The position numbers and the translations under genes were made by a program. Source: an uncultured delta proteobacterium (GTDB lineage Bacteria > Myxococcota > Myxococcia > Myxococcales > Myxococcaceae). Taken from it: DNA of 64,000 bases. This document shows positions 9,926 to 20,421 of the stretch, piece by piece; the first letter of the stretch is position 1, and the number at the start of each line of letters is the position of its first letter. Under the pieces are notes generated by a model. The model saw only the letters and a list, made by a program, of their open reading frames with translations. It was not told the origin of the DNA and made no database searches. Where the stretch lies: the NCBI GenBank assembly GCA_963713045.1, contig CAVQKE010000007.1:288001-352000 (forward strand), written 5' to 3'.

Positions 9926-10977
9926 CGCGAGGCGAGCTCTGGGTCGATGACTTTTTTGAATTCCTCGATGGGCATCGCACCGTTGATGAAGACGCCGTTG
10001 ATGAAGAAGGCTGGGGTGCCGTTGACGCCGGCGGCCTGGCCAGCCTCGACGTCTGAGTCCACCTGCTTCTTCTTCTCGCCGCTGTCCAGACAGGTCGCAA
10101 ACTTGGTCGCGTCCAGCCCAGCGCTGCCGGCGTAGGCCTTCAAGTCAGAGACGTCGAGCTTCTTCTGGTTCTTGAAAAGCAAGTCGTAAACCTCCCAGAA
10201 TTTCCCTTGGTCCGCCGCGCAGAGGCTGGCCTCGGCGGCCTTCTCGGCCTGGGGATGGATGGGGAGCGGGAACTGGCGAAACACCAACTTCACCTTACCG
10301 GCATACTGCTGCATCAGCTGCTCGACGGTGGTGTAGGCCGCGCCGCAGTAGGGGCACTGGAAGTCTGAGAATTCCACAATGGTCACCTTGGCGTCGCCCG
10401 GGCCGCGCGCCGGTCCGGTGGCGGCCACCTCCACCCGCGGCGGGGGCAAGTCAATTTGCAGGTTGGCCGAGGTGCGCAACTCATCGATGACTTTCTGGAC
10501 GCTGGCCCGACGCTGCTGGTTGACGATGGCCTGAACCAGCTGGTCCTTGATGCTGTCCAGCTGGGTGTCCGCCGGGATGCGGTTGGCCGCCTTCAGCCGG
10601 TCGTAGAATTCCTTCACCTCGGCGTCGGTCGGCGGGGTGACGGGAATCGCCTCCACCCGGGCCTGGATGTAGGCCTCCTCGGTTTGGTTCTTCTTGGCGG
10701 CTTCCGCCTTCACAATGCGCTCCACCGCCATCCGCTCCAGGACTTCCCGGCGCGCGGAGTACATCTGGTTTTGCAACTCCTGAATCTTCGGCTTGGCCTC
10801 GACCTCCAGCTCGCCGTAGGTGATTTTGCCGCCGTTGTAGGTGGCCACCACCTGGTTGGCGGCCATCGTGTTGGCCGCGCCGCTGGCCGCTGCCGTCTTC
10901 TGCTTCGCGCAGGCGGCGAGGACGAGGAGGGAGGCCAGGACGGTGGCCGAGAGGGAGGAGGGGGCGGGTAGTTTCAT
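9922..10977 (-). CDS. DsbA-family thioredoxin-domain lipoprotein
   Basis: Lipobox LAAC after ATG 10977; EFSDFQCPYC active site; GVNGTPAFFING. Confidence 0.9.
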   Translation of the reverse strand: MKLPAPSSLSATVLASLLVLAACAKQKTAAASGAANTMAANQVVATYNGGKITYGELEVEAKPKIQELQNQMYSARREVLERMAVERIVKAEAAKKNQTEEAYIQARVEAIPVTPPTDAEVKEFYDRLKAANRIPADTQLDSIKDQLVQAIVNQQRRASVQKVIDELRTSANLQIDLPPPRVEVAATGPARGPGDAKVTIVEFSDFQCPYCGAAYTTVEQLMQQYAGKVKLVFRQFPLPIHPQAEKAAEASLCAADQGKFWEVYDLLFKNQKKLDVSDLKAYAGSAGLDATKFATCLDSGEKKKQVDSDVEAGQAAGVNGTPAFFINGVFINGAMPIEEFKKVIDPELASR

Positions 10978-11089
10978 AGGGAGGGGGGCCTTTTGCCCTG
11001 CGCCGGGGAAGTGTGCAAGCCACACCCAACACCCGCCGCGCCGGGAAGCTTCCCCGAGGGCCCTCGGGAAGCAGCCCCGCCCGTCGGCC

Positions 11090-12013
11090 TCAGGCCGGCT
11101 CGGCGGCGAAGTCCGGCAAGCGAAAGCCGAAGCGCTCCAGCTCACGCTGTTGAGCGCGCACCACCGCGTAGGCGGACGGGTCCGCCAGCACCTCGCGCAC
11201 CAAGCGCAGGTGCAGGGCATGGCCGCTCTTGACGGCCTTCAGCGAGCCGATGACGGGGTGGCCGAAGAGGGCCAAGTCGCCCATGGCGTCGAGGGCCTTG
11301 TGCCGGACGAATTCGTCTGGAAACCGCAGCCCGTCGGCGTTGAGGATGCTGAAGTCATCCACCACAATGGCGTTGTCGAGCGAGCCCCCGCGGGCCAGCC
11401 CAGCGGCCTTCAGCCGCTCCACGTCCCGTAGAAAGCCAAAGGTGCGTGCGCGGGAGACTTCCCGCACGAAGGCGCGACCGGAGAAGTCCAGCTCCAACCG
11501 CTGACGGGAGACGAGCGGGTGGTGAAAGTCGATGGCCACGTCCATGTGGAAGCAGTCCGACGGCGACAGGGAGGCTTCCTTGTCCCCTTCCAGGACGGCC
11601 ACCGACTTCTTCACCACCACGAAGCTTTTCGGCGCCTGTTGGACCCGCACCCCGGCGCTCTGCACCAGGTAGGCAAACGGCCCGGCGCTGCCGTCCATGA
11701 TGGGCACCTCAGGGCCGTCCAGTTCCACCCGGACGTTGTCCAGTCCCAGCCCCAACAGCGCCCCCAACAGGTGCTCCACCGTGCCCACCCGCACCCCGTC
11801 TTTCCCGAGGCTGGTGGCCAGTTCTGTGTCCACCACGTACTGGGCCGTGGCGGGGATGGACACCGGCCGGGCCAAGTCCGTGCGGACAAACACCACCCCG
11901 TGGTTGGCCGGCGCCGGGCGCAGCGTCAGCTTCACCGCGCCGCCGGTGTGGAGCCCGATGCCCTCGCAACTGACTGAGCTGCTGAGCGTCCGCTGGTTGA
12001 AAGACATGGACAT
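11090..12013 (-). CDS. lpxC: UDP-3-O-acyl-N-acetylglucosamine deacetylase
   Basis: QRTL...GIGLHTG, TVEHLL, DGSA and EFVRHKALD motifs. Confidence 0.96.
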   Translation of the reverse strand: MSMSFNQRTLSSSVSCEGIGLHTGGAVKLTLRPAPANHGVVFVRTDLARPVSIPATAQYVVDTELATSLGKDGVRVGTVEHLLGALLGLGLDNVRVELDGPEVPIMDGSAGPFAYLVQSAGVRVQQAPKSFVVVKKSVAVLEGDKEASLSPSDCFHMDVAIDFHHPLVSRQRLELDFSGRAFVREVSRARTFGFLRDVERLKAAGLARGGSLDNAIVVDDFSILNADGLRFPDEFVRHKALDAMGDLALFGHPVIGSLKAVKSGHALHLRLVREVLADPSAYAVVRAQQRELERFGFRLPDFAAEPA

Positions 12014-12235
12014 GGTCTGTGTGTGAGGCTCCCCTACCCTCTTCCTTGCCACTCCCAACCAAGCCCTGCGCCTAGTCAACACCTAAGGACCGCAAGAGGT
12101 TTCATCCGGGCAGACGTAAAGCTACCGCGGTGTGACAAACCGACGAAATACCGTACCGCGGCGCGTCGCCACAACGCTCACATTTTCTCTAAGGACCGCA
12201 GCACCTAGCAGAAATCCGCTGAGAGGGGCACAACT

Positions 12236-13708
12236 TCAACTCGGACGGAACCTGTCCAGCACGGCCTCAGCGTGACCGCGGTCAAACCGTCGCCCGGTGA
12301 CGTCCCGGCGACGGCCAATGCGGACGAAGAGGCCTTCGGTGGCACCGGCGAAGAGGAGGCAGTCTTCGGCCAGACGGGCCCGGGCCAGCGGGCCTTCGGG
12401 CGACTGGGACGCATCGCCGAGGATGCTGAGGAAGCGGTCCACGGCTTCCAAGTCCCCGTAGCGCAGCAGCTGGTAGCTGCCGTCTTGAAAGTAATCGAGG
12501 AAACGCAGAAGGGCGCTGAGGTTTGCGCCTGCGTCGGAGGCGCCCTGCAGGGCTTGGGCGGCCTCGCGGGCCAGCTGCGAGGCGACCCACAAGTCATTGC
12601 GCAGCCGCTGCGCCACCATCCCCGCGGAGACGAGGGCCGAGAAGCCCTCCTGGGCGCCGCGCGCCTCAAGCGCCCGGCCAAGCTGGACCACCGCCCCTTC
12701 AAACAGGGCGGTGAAGTCCCCCACCGCGCCCCGCATTCGGTTGTCGTCCGGCGGGCCTTCCGCCAGCAGCGCCCGGCCGATGGCGCCTGACTTCACCGAA
12801 AGCGCGCGCGCCACCCGCAGCGCGGCGGTTTGCCACGCGCGGGTGGTGGTGCCGGCCGCCACGTCATTGCGCAGGTAGCCGCTGAGGGTGAGCGCCTCGC
12901 TGTGCACCAGGGCGAGGAGGACTCGCGCCCGACGCTCCAGAGGGCGCTCCGGCTCGAGCCGCAGGTAGCCGAGGGCGTGAAGGAAGCGAAAGAGGGCCAG
13001 AAACGCGCTGGTGAAGAGTCCGCGCTCCGGGTCCGGGAGGCGGCGCAGGGCGTCCAGCACCGGGACGCTTCGAATGCGGTCGAACTCGAGGCAAAACTCG
13101 AGCGGGCGCGCCGGGCGGAAGAAGCGGTTTTGGAGAATGGCCCGGACTGCAAGGCTGCCCACTTCGTGGAAGACGCGGTGGCCGACCGCCTCCAGCCCAA
13201 ACAGGCTGTCCATGACGACGCAGATGGATTCGAAGCTTTGCGCCAGGAGGAAGAGGCTCTCCTGGGGCGTCTGCTGTTCCAGTTCGTCTTCGAGCAGCGC
13301 CCGTCGGACGCGGTCGTCCACCGCCTGAGAGCCGAGGTAATGGCGGAAGACGAAGCGCTGCTCGTGGCCCGGGTCGAGCAGCCGTCGGGCCAGTCGAATG
13401 GCCTGGTGCATGGCGTCCCGGAGGTCGCGCAGCTCCTCGCCGAAGTCGCGCGTCACCAGCGGCCGTGCCGAGCCCTCCAACGTCAGGGTGTGCAGGTGAA
13501 AGGAGCGCTCGATGGCGCGCAGCAGAAGCTCAAATTCGAAGAGTCGCTCCTCACGGCCCTCGACCCGGACGCTGCGCAGCCAGCGCTCGCGTTCGGCCAA
13601 CAGCACCGGCCGGGGCTGGCTGTCTCGAATCAGTTGGACGTAAAAGTCACGCGCGCTGCGAGGAGGGCGCAGGCGTGGCGCCTCCTGGCGCTCCGGGGCA
13701 GCACTCAC
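12236..13708 (-). CDS. Hypothetical alpha-helical protein, translationally coupled to ruvB
   Basis: 490-aa ORF whose GTG start overlaps the ruvB stop (GTGA); no motif recognised. Confidence 0.7.
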   Translation of the reverse strand: MSAAPERQEAPRLRPPRSARDFYVQLIRDSQPRPVLLAERERWLRSVRVEGREERLFEFELLLRAIERSFHLHTLTLEGSARPLVTRDFGEELRDLRDAMHQAIRLARRLLDPGHEQRFVFRHYLGSQAVDDRVRRALLEDELEQQTPQESLFLLAQSFESICVVMDSLFGLEAVGHRVFHEVGSLAVRAILQNRFFRPARPLEFCLEFDRIRSVPVLDALRRLPDPERGLFTSAFLALFRFLHALGYLRLEPERPLERRARVLLALVHSEALTLSGYLRNDVAAGTTTRAWQTAALRVARALSVKSGAIGRALLAEGPPDDNRMRGAVGDFTALFEGAVVQLGRALEARGAQEGFSALVSAGMVAQRLRNDLWVASQLAREAAQALQGASDAGANLSALLRFLDYFQDGSYQLLRYGDLEAVDRFLSILGDASQSPEGPLARARLAEDCLLFAGATEGLFVRIGRRRDVTGRRFDRGHAEAVLDRFRPS

Positions 13709-14730
13709 AACAGCGCCCCTTGCGACGCCGGCGGCGGCGTCAGTCCCAGGTGCCGCCAGGCCTTGGCCGTCGCCACCCGGCCTCGGGGCGTCCGCTGTAG
13801 AAAGCCCTCCTGCATCAGGAACGGCTCGTACACGTCTTCCACCGTCTCGCTCTGCTCGCCCACCACCATGGCCACTGTGTCCAGCCCCACCGGGCCGCCC
13901 CCGAACTTGTCGAGGATGGTGAAGAGAATGCGCCGGTCCATCGGGTCGAGGCCGAGCGCGTCCACCTCCAGGCGTTTGAGGGCACCCGAAGCCACGGCGC
14001 GCGTCACCACCTGCTCGCCGTCCACCTCGGCAAAGTCGCGGATGCGGCGGAGCAGCCGGTTGGCAATGCGGGGCGTCCCCCGGGCCCGGGTGGCAATTTC
14101 CCGGGCGCCGTCGGGTTGCAGCCGGACACCGAGGATGCCAGCGCTCCGAGCGAGAATTCGCTCCAAGTCCGCGGCCGCGTAGTAGTCAAGCCGCTCTTGG
14201 ATTTGAAAGCGGTCGCGAAGCGGTGAGGTGAGCAGCCCGGTGCGGGTGGTGGCGCCGATGAGGGTGAAGGGTTGCAGGTCCAGCTTCATCGCCCGGGCGG
14301 CGGGGCCGCTGTCGATGGTGATGTCCAAGCGGAAGTCCTCCATCGCCGGGTAGAGGTACTCCTCCACCTGGGGAGGCAGCCGGTGGATTTCGTCGATGAA
14401 GAGGACGTCGCGAGCCTCGAGGCTGGTCAACAGCCCAGCCAGGTCCCCTTTGCGCTCCACCGCCGGCCCAGAGGTGACGTGAATCGCCACGCCCAGCTCG
14501 GCGGCGAGAATGTGGGCCAGCGACGTCTTGCCAAGGCCGGGCGGTCCGGAGAAGAGGCAATGGTCCAGGGCCTCCCGTCGCCTGCGGGCCGCCTGCACAT
14601 ACACCTTCAGCTTGTCCACCACCGCCGCCTGCCCGACGTATTCATCGAAGCGCCGCGGCCGAAGCGAAACCTCGAGGCGCTGCTCTTCGGCGGTGGGGCT
14701 GGGCTCGAGCGGACGGTGGACAGGCGCCAT
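13705..14730 (-). CDS. ruvB: Holliday junction branch migration helicase RuvB
   Basis: [48 protein letters not shown]. Confidence 0.98.
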   Translation of the reverse strand: MAPVHRPLEPSPTAEEQRLEVSLRPRRFDEYVGQAAVVDKLKVYVQAARRRREALDHCLFSGPPGLGKTSLAHILAAELGVAIHVTSGPAVERKGDLAGLLTSLEARDVLFIDEIHRLPPQVEEYLYPAMEDFRLDITIDSGPAARAMKLDLQPFTLIGATTRTGLLTSPLRDRFQIQERLDYYAAADLERILARSAGILGVRLQPDGAREIATRARGTPRIANRLLRRIRDFAEVDGEQVVTRAVASGALKRLEVDALGLDPMDRRILFTILDKFGGGPVGLDTVAMVVGEQSETVEDVYEPFLMQEGFLQRTPRGRVATAKAWRHLGLTPPPASQGALL

Positions 14731-14771
14731 GGGGGCGCCGCGCAGGGTAGCAGTTTTGAAGCGCGCCCTCC

Positions 14772-15362
14772 CTAGCTAGCTTGCAGGGTGCGGAGTGCCT
14801 CGCGGAAGAGCGCCTCGAAGGGCGCGTCGGCTCCCATGCGGGCGGAGACCGCATCGGCCGCCTCCTCGGCGGCTGCGGGCCGGTAGCCGAGGTTCTCGAG
14901 GGCCGACACCAAGTCGCGACGGGCTCCCGGCGTCCCGGCTGCCGGCTTGCCTGCCGCCAGGGCCTTGGCCTTGTCCCGCAACTCCAGGACGAGGCGCTCC
15001 GCCGTCTTCTTCCCCACCCCATGAATCCGCGTCAGCCGGGCGAGGTCTCCCCGCGAGAGGGCCTCGGCCAAGTCCGCCACGTCCAGCCCGGACAGCACCG
15101 CGAGGGCCAGCTTCGGCCCGACGTGACTGACCGAAGTCAGCAGGAGGAACATCTGCTCCTCCTCAGGGGACAGAAAGCCCACCAACTCAATGGCGTCCTC
15201 GCGCACCACGGTGTGGATGCGAAGCTCAGCCGGCTGCCCTTCCGCCGGCAGTCGGGCGAGGGACAGCAGGGACAGCGCCACCCGGTAGCCGACGCCGTGG
15301 ACGTCCACCACCGCGTCGGAGAGGCTCTTTTCGAGAACCACCCCCCGCAGCCGCGCAATCAC
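14772..15362 (-). CDS. ruvA: Holliday junction branch migration protein RuvA
   Basis: GTG start VIARLRG, DVHGVGY, VGPKLAL and [11 protein letters not shown]hH motifs. Confidence 0.96.
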   Translation of the reverse strand: MIARLRGVVLEKSLSDAVVDVHGVGYRVALSLLSLARLPAEGQPAELRIHTVVREDAIELVGFLSPEEEQMFLLLTSVSHVGPKLALAVLSGLDVADLAEALSRGDLARLTRIHGVGKKTAERLVLELRDKAKALAAGKPAAGTPGARRDLVSALENLGYRPAAAEEAADAVSARMGADAPFEALFREALRTLQAS

Positions 15363-15928
15363 CTGGGCGCCCCGTACACCGCCCGCGACAGCCGCGGCCA
15401 TTCCGGCGGCCGCCGACGCGCCCTGGGCCTCTCCGGCAGCAGCGTCACCACTTGTGCCCGGTGCAGGTGGCAGACCGCCACCGCCAGCGCATCCGTGGCG
15501 TCGGCCCGCAGCGTCCCGGCCAAGCCGAGAAAGGCCCGCATTTGCTTGGCCACCATCTCCTTCGAAGCCGAGCCGCCAGCACCCACCGCGCGCTTCACCA
15601 GGGCCGGGGCATATTCGAAGACTGGCTGGCCCCGTTGGGCCGCCGCCAACAGCGCCACCCCTCGGGCATGGCCCAGCACCAGCGCGCTGCGCGCGTTGCG
15701 GAAGGTGAAGACGCCCTCCACCGCCACCGCATCCGGCCTCCAGCGCGCGAGGACTTCAGACAGGCCGTGGAAGAGTTCGGCCAGCCGCAGCTCGAGTGCC
15801 AGCTCGCTCGGGACCCGAAGCACTCCGTGGGCCACGTGGCACAGCTTGCTCGCGTATGCGTCCACCACCCCAAAGCCGGTGACGCGGCTTCCTGGGTCGA
15901 TGCCGAGCACACGGAATGGAGCGGACAT
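15359..15928 (-). CDS. ruvC: Crossover junction endodeoxyribonuclease RuvC
   Basis: VLGIDPGSRVTGFG, AVEGVF, DATDALAVA. Confidence 0.96.
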   Translation of the reverse strand: MSAPFRVLGIDPGSRVTGFGVVDAYASKLCHVAHGVLRVPSELALELRLAELFHGLSEVLARWRPDAVAVEGVFTFRNARSALVLGHARGVALLAAAQRGQPVFEYAPALVKRAVGAGGSASKEMVAKQMRAFLGLAGTLRADATDALAVAVCHLHRAQVVTLLPERPRARRRPPEWPRLSRAVYGAPR

Positions 15929-15979
15929 GTGCCTCCGTCGTGTAGCACACCGCCTCCACGGGCCCGACTTTTCGCCCCG

Positions 15980-16729
15980 TCAAGCGGTGGCCGCAGCCAG
16001 CAGGGCCTCATCCATCTCGTAGTTGGCCCAGACGTTCTGCACGTCGTCATTGTCCTCGAGGACTTCCAGCAGCTTGAGGACGCGGCGGGCCACGTCCCCC
16101 TCCACCCGGACGGTATTCTGGGGGAGAAACACAGCGCGCTGCTCCCCCACCGCCAGCCCCTTGGCCTCGAGGGCCGCGGCCACCGCGTGCAGCGCGGCCG
16201 CCTCGGTGCGGACCTCGAAGCCCTCTGCCCCCAGCCCCACCACGTCCTCGGCACCGACGTCCAGTGCCACCTCCAAGACGCTTTCCTCGGACGGGCCAGG
16301 CTTCAGGTGGATGCTGCCCTTTCGGTGGAAGAGCCACCCCACGCTTCCCTCGACGGCCAGGTTGCCGCCGCCCTTGGAGAAGTGGGCGCGGATGTCGGCC
16401 GCGGTGCGGTGGCGGTTGTCGGTGAGGCACTCCACCAGGACGGCCACGCCGCCGGGCGCATAGCCCTCGTAGGTGACTTCCTCGTAATGCGCTCCCTCGA
16501 GTTCCCCGGTGCCCTTTTTAATGGCACGGGCAATGTTCTCCGAGGGCATGTTGGCCTCGCGCGCGGCGAGGACGGCCGAGCGCAGGCGGGCGTTGGCGGC
16601 TGGGTCTCCGCCGCCAATCCGTGCCGCGACGGTAATTTCCTTCGTTACCTTGGTGAAGAGCTTGCCTTTGCTGGCGCCCATCGCCTCCTTCTGCCGCTTA
16701 ATTTTCGTCCAGCGGTTGTGACCGGACAT
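15980..16729 (-). CDS. yebC: YebC/PmpR family protein
   Basis: MSGHNRWTKIKRQK, YEGYAPGGVA, LEDNDDVQNVW; canonical position upstream of ruvCAB. Confidence 0.95.
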   Translation of the reverse strand: MSGHNRWTKIKRQKEAMGASKGKLFTKVTKEITVAARIGGGDPAANARLRSAVLAAREANMPSENIARAIKKGTGELEGAHYEEVTYEGYAPGGVAVLVECLTDNRHRTAADIRAHFSKGGGNLAVEGSVGWLFHRKGSIHLKPGPSEESVLEVALDVGAEDVVGLGAEGFEVRTEAAALHAVAAALEAKGLAVGEQRAVFLPQNTVRVEGDVARRVLKLLEVLEDNDDVQNVWANYEMDEALLAAATA

Positions 16730-16769
16730 GGGAATGTCTCCTTGTTTAGGCGGACGGCCGCGTCCTCTT

Positions 16770-18803
16770 TCAGCGCGCGTCCCGCAGCAGCCGCCGCGCG
16801 TCATCCGCCTCGGGGCCTTCCGGCTCCAGCGCCAACACCCGCGTCAACTCCGCGTTGGCCTTGGCCCGCTCACCCCGGCCGAGGTGAATGCCGGCCAACA
16901 GCAGGTGGGCGCGAGGCTCCTTGGGGTCGAGCGCGACGGCCTTCATCGCCGCCCCTTCTGCCCCGCGCGCATCCCCGGCGTCAAACCGCGCCAGGGCCAA
17001 ATACAGCCAGGCCACCGCCGAGTCCGGAGTGCCCTGCACCACTTCGTCCAGGACACGCACCGCGGCCGAGGGCAAGGCGGCGCGGTACAGGGCAATCCCC
17101 TCGGCCAGCGAATGCTGGCGCGCCCCCTCCGACGCCTCCCCTGGCGCGGCCGGCTGTGCCGGGGCCGGCACGTCCGCAGGCCCTTCGGCGCCAGCCGCCG
17201 GCACCACCGTCGCCGAGGCTGCTGCTGCCGGGGCTCCCGGTGTGGCCTCGGGCGGACCGGCTGCCGGAGGGAAGGCCGGCGCAGCGGCGACGGGTGCCAG
17301 GGGCGTCTGGGTGGGAGACGCCGGGTGTCGCGGCCACCACCAGCTGGCCAGGGCCACCAAGCCGAACAGGGCCGCTGCGGCCAGCGCCCACGTTGTCAGC
17401 GTCGCGCTCCGGCGGCGAAGCCCGGCCGCGGCCAGCGCGTCGTCCGCCCAAATTTCGTCGGCCGGTGGGCGCGGGGGCGAGGGTTGGTAGACGCGCGCCA
17501 GCGTCCTGGCAGCCGCTTCCAGGGGCGACTCCTCGGGAAGGTGCAACTCCGGAGTCTCCGCCGGTGCACTCGGCGGCCGCAGGGCACGCGGCGCCGGCGG
17601 AGGCAATTCCGTCCCCAACTCTGCCGTAGGCGGGGGGGCGGCCGCCGGGCCGGCGTGCGGCGCCACCTCCACCGACGCTGCCTCCGAAGCAGGGGCGAGT
17701 GCCAGCGACGCCCAGATGCCTGGAAGGTAGGGGGCGCGCGCCGCCTCGCGGGCCAGGGACTCTGGTAACAGCACGCCGCTGGCGTAGAGGCGGGAGGCAG
17801 CCCGCAGGGCCGCGACTTCCGGAAGCGGGGAGGCAAGAATGGCGTCACGAAGCGTCCGTTTCCCGTCAAACAGGCGCAGCAGCGTCTCGGCCTCGGTGGG
17901 AAGGGAGGGCAGGCTGGCGCGCAGCACTTCAAAGTCCGGTTGCAGCACTGCCTCCAACGGGACGCTGATTGCCACCAGCCGTTCCCACAGGGCGAGCTCG
18001 GCCCCCAGCCGTCCACACAACTCGCGCACGCCGGTGCTCAACTCGCCCCGGGCCAGCACTGGGCCCAGGTGGACGCGGTAGGCGCCACGGCCCAACGCCA
18101 GCATGCGCGTCAACCCGCGCTCACCGTCGAGCCCCTCAAAGCGGACGGACACCACCTCACCACGGCGGAACAGCAGCTGTCCGCGCGACTCCAGAAACAG
18201 CCGCCCCGAGGACGAACCGGCCAACAGCGCCCGCAGGGCCGCCAGCAGCGGCAGCACGTCGGTGTGCGAGTCCAGCGTCGCGTCCCGGGCGGCGCGCCCG
18301 GCGCGGAGCCGCACCATCGTGGCCAAGTCCGAGACGAAGAGGGGCTTCGGCACATAGTCATCCGCCCCGGCGCGTCCGGCACGCTCCAGGTCGGCGGAGG
18401 AGGGCTGCGCCGCCAGCAGCAGCACCGGCACCTCTCGCAGGCGGGGGTGGGCACGGAGCCGCTGGCACAGCGCAACGCCGTCCATGCCGCCCAGGCCCAC
18501 CTCAGCCACCACCATCCCCGGCACCACCAAGCCCTCAGCCAGGTTGCGCTCTGCGTCCTCGGCAGTTGCCAAGGCGGCCACCTGGAAGCCCTCCCGCACC
18601 AGGCCGAGCTGCAGCAGGCCCCTCGCCCCCGCATCCGGCTCCACCAACAGGACGCGGCGCACGTCCACCGGCCGGTCGCCCAGCGTCTGGCTGTCCAGCG
18701 GGGAGGCGCGCGGGCGGGGCGCCCCCGCCTCCGCCTCAGCGGGGTCGCGCTCTGGCGCTGTCGAACCCAGCGACATGGACGTCCCTTTCGCGGGGGCTGT
18801 CAT
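16770..18803 (-). CDS. Atypical response regulator: receiver + DUF4388-like domain + Pro/Ala linker + TM + TPR
   Basis: Receiver (LLVEPD...GADDYVPKP), LLFRRGEVV DUF4388-like segment, hydrophobic WALAAAALFGLVALASWWW, C-terminal TPR-like repeats. Confidence 0.75.
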   Translation of the reverse strand: MTAPAKGTSMSLGSTAPERDPAEAEAGAPRPRASPLDSQTLGDRPVDVRRVLLVEPDAGARGLLQLGLVREGFQVAALATAEDAERNLAEGLVVPGMVVAEVGLGGMDGVALCQRLRAHPRLREVPVLLLAAQPSSADLERAGRAGADDYVPKPLFVSDLATMVRLRAGRAARDATLDSHTDVLPLLAALRALLAGSSSGRLFLESRGQLLFRRGEVVSVRFEGLDGERGLTRMLALGRGAYRVHLGPVLARGELSTGVRELCGRLGAELALWERLVAISVPLEAVLQPDFEVLRASLPSLPTEAETLLRLFDGKRTLRDAILASPLPEVAALRAASRLYASGVLLPESLAREAARAPYLPGIWASLALAPASEAASVEVAPHAGPAAAPPPTAELGTELPPPAPRALRPPSAPAETPELHLPEESPLEAAARTLARVYQPSPPRPPADEIWADDALAAAGLRRRSATLTTWALAAAALFGLVALASWWWPRHPASPTQTPLAPVAAAPAFPPAAGPPEATPGAPAAAASATVVPAAGAEGPADVPAPAQPAAPGEASEGARQHSLAEGIALYRAALPSAAVRVLDEVVQGTPDSAVAWLYLALARFDAGDARGAEGAAMKAVALDPKEPRAHLLLAGIHLGRGERAKANAELTRVLALEPEGPEADDARRLLRDAR

Positions 18804-18867
18804 ACACGGGGCGCCCGGGGGCCGGCGATGGGTCGCCGGGGACCGCTGGCAAACAGGGGAAACGCCG

Positions 18868-20265
18868 TTACTGGACGCGCCGCATCTGCTCGAGAAATTC
18901 CTCCGGGCCGAGGAAGCCCGTCACCCGCGGGTTCGCCAGAATCTCTCCGCCCGAGGAGACAAAGGCCACCGTAGGCAGCCCCTCAATGCCAAAGCGCTGG
19001 TACAGCGCGTCGAGCGCGTCCTGGCCATTGGTGCCGTCCACCTTAATCCGGACGAAGCGCTGGGCCTCCGAAACGACTTTCGGGGCGACGTAGGTGGCCC
19101 GGTCCAACTCTTTGCACGCCGCGCACCACTCGGCGAAGAAGTCAATCATCACCGGCTTGCCGGAGGCCCGCGCCGACGCCAGGGCCTGGTCCACTGGCGA
19201 GGGCGCGGCCGGCTGTCCGGCCCATGTCAGCTCCCAGCGCATGACGGTGTCTGAGGCGCGCGGTGCGTCCGCCGTGCCGGCGCGCAACAGAAGGCCGAGG
19301 CACAACAGGGCCACGCCGCCCCCTTTGAGGAGTGCCTGCAGCGGCCCTGCCCCGAAGCTGCGGTTCAGCGCACCCAACAGGACGCCGGCGGCGGCCAGCG
19401 CCGCGGCCACCGCCGTGCCCGGAAGCCGTCCCAGGCGACTGGCCGCTGCCTGCACCGCCTCGCGCAGCGCCGGAAAGGCGTCCTTCAGGTAGCTGACAGC
19501 GAGGAAGACCAGAAGCACGCCGAGGAGACTTTTGACCCAGTCCATCCACACCCCGCCCCGAGGGAGCTGCACGGCGAAGACTCCAATCAGGAAGAAGGGC
19601 ACACCAATCCCCAGTGCGTAGACGAAGAGAAGGCCCGCGCCGAGGGCGCTGTCCTGGGACTTGGCAACGAAGGCCAGAAGGCCGGTCAGCACCGGGCCGG
19701 TGCAGGGGGCGGCGAGAAAGCCGGCGACGCTGCCCATGAGAAGGGCGCCCAACAGGCCCGCCCCACCCACGGTGGACAGCCGCTGCATCAGCTGGGGGGG
19801 AAGCGTCAACTCAAAGGCACCAAACATGCTCGCCGCAAGAAGGAGCAGTAGCGCCGCCAGCGCCAGCACCACCACCGGCTTGCCGAGGACGGCTCCAAAG
19901 GCCGCACCGGTCCGGGCGGCGGCCACGCCCAGCGCGGAGAAGACGAGTCCCATGCCCACCACATAGGCCGTGGTCAGCCCCAGGGCTCGGGCCCGGCTGG
20001 TGTTGCCGCGGGCCCCGAAGACGCTGACGGTGATGGGGATGAGTGGGTAGACGCACGGGGTGAGGGCCGTCAGTAGGCCTCCCAGGAAGACCGCGACGGC
20101 ACCGGAGGCGAAGCGGCCCGCGCCTAGGTACCCGGTCGCGTCCAGCCCGCTCGTCGGACCCGCGGGGACAAGCAGCGGCAGGAAGCTGATGGCCAGCGCC
20201 GCCACCAGCGCCCAGGCAAATAGGCCAGCAAGCGGCTTGGAAGAAGTGGTGGTCGTCGCATCCAT
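18868..20265 (-). CDS. dsbD: DsbD/CcdA-family protein-disulfide reductase with C-terminal thioredoxin
   Basis: LTPCVYPLIP and APCTGPVL TM cysteines; DFFAEWCAACK thioredoxin motif. Confidence 0.9.
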   Translation of the reverse strand: MDATTTTSSKPLAGLFAWALVAALAISFLPLLVPAGPTSGLDATGYLGAGRFASGAVAVFLGGLLTALTPCVYPLIPITVSVFGARGNTSRARALGLTTAYVVGMGLVFSALGVAAARTGAAFGAVLGKPVVVLALAALLLLLAASMFGAFELTLPPQLMQRLSTVGGAGLLGALLMGSVAGFLAAPCTGPVLTGLLAFVAKSQDSALGAGLLFVYALGIGVPFFLIGVFAVQLPRGGVWMDWVKSLLGVLLVFLAVSYLKDAFPALREAVQAAASRLGRLPGTAVAAALAAAGVLLGALNRSFGAGPLQALLKGGGVALLCLGLLLRAGTADAPRASDTVMRWELTWAGQPAAPSPVDQALASARASGKPVMIDFFAEWCAACKELDRATYVAPKVVSEAQRFVRIKVDGTNGQDALDALYQRFGIEGLPTVAFVSSGGEILANPRVTGFLGPEEFLEQMRRVQ

Positions 20266-20365
20266 GAATGTAGTGTTGCCGGAGCCCCTGAAGCGGCGAG
20301 GAGACGCCCTGCAAGTGAAGGCAGTTACCCCATTTATTGCGCAAAGCGCACGGGGGCAGCCGCCC

Positions 20366-20412
20366 TTGCCACAGGGGGGGTCATCGTTATAATGGACTAG
20401 TTAAGTCCACAT
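20366..20412 (+). promoter_or_regulatory. Sigma70-like promoter of the isc operon with an overlapping Rrf2/IscR-like palindrome
   Basis: TTGCCA (20366-20371), 16-bp spacer, TATAAT (20388-20393); inverted repeat TGGACT-AGTTA-AGTCCA (20393-20409). Confidence 0.7.
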
Positions 20413-20421
20413 TCGACGACC

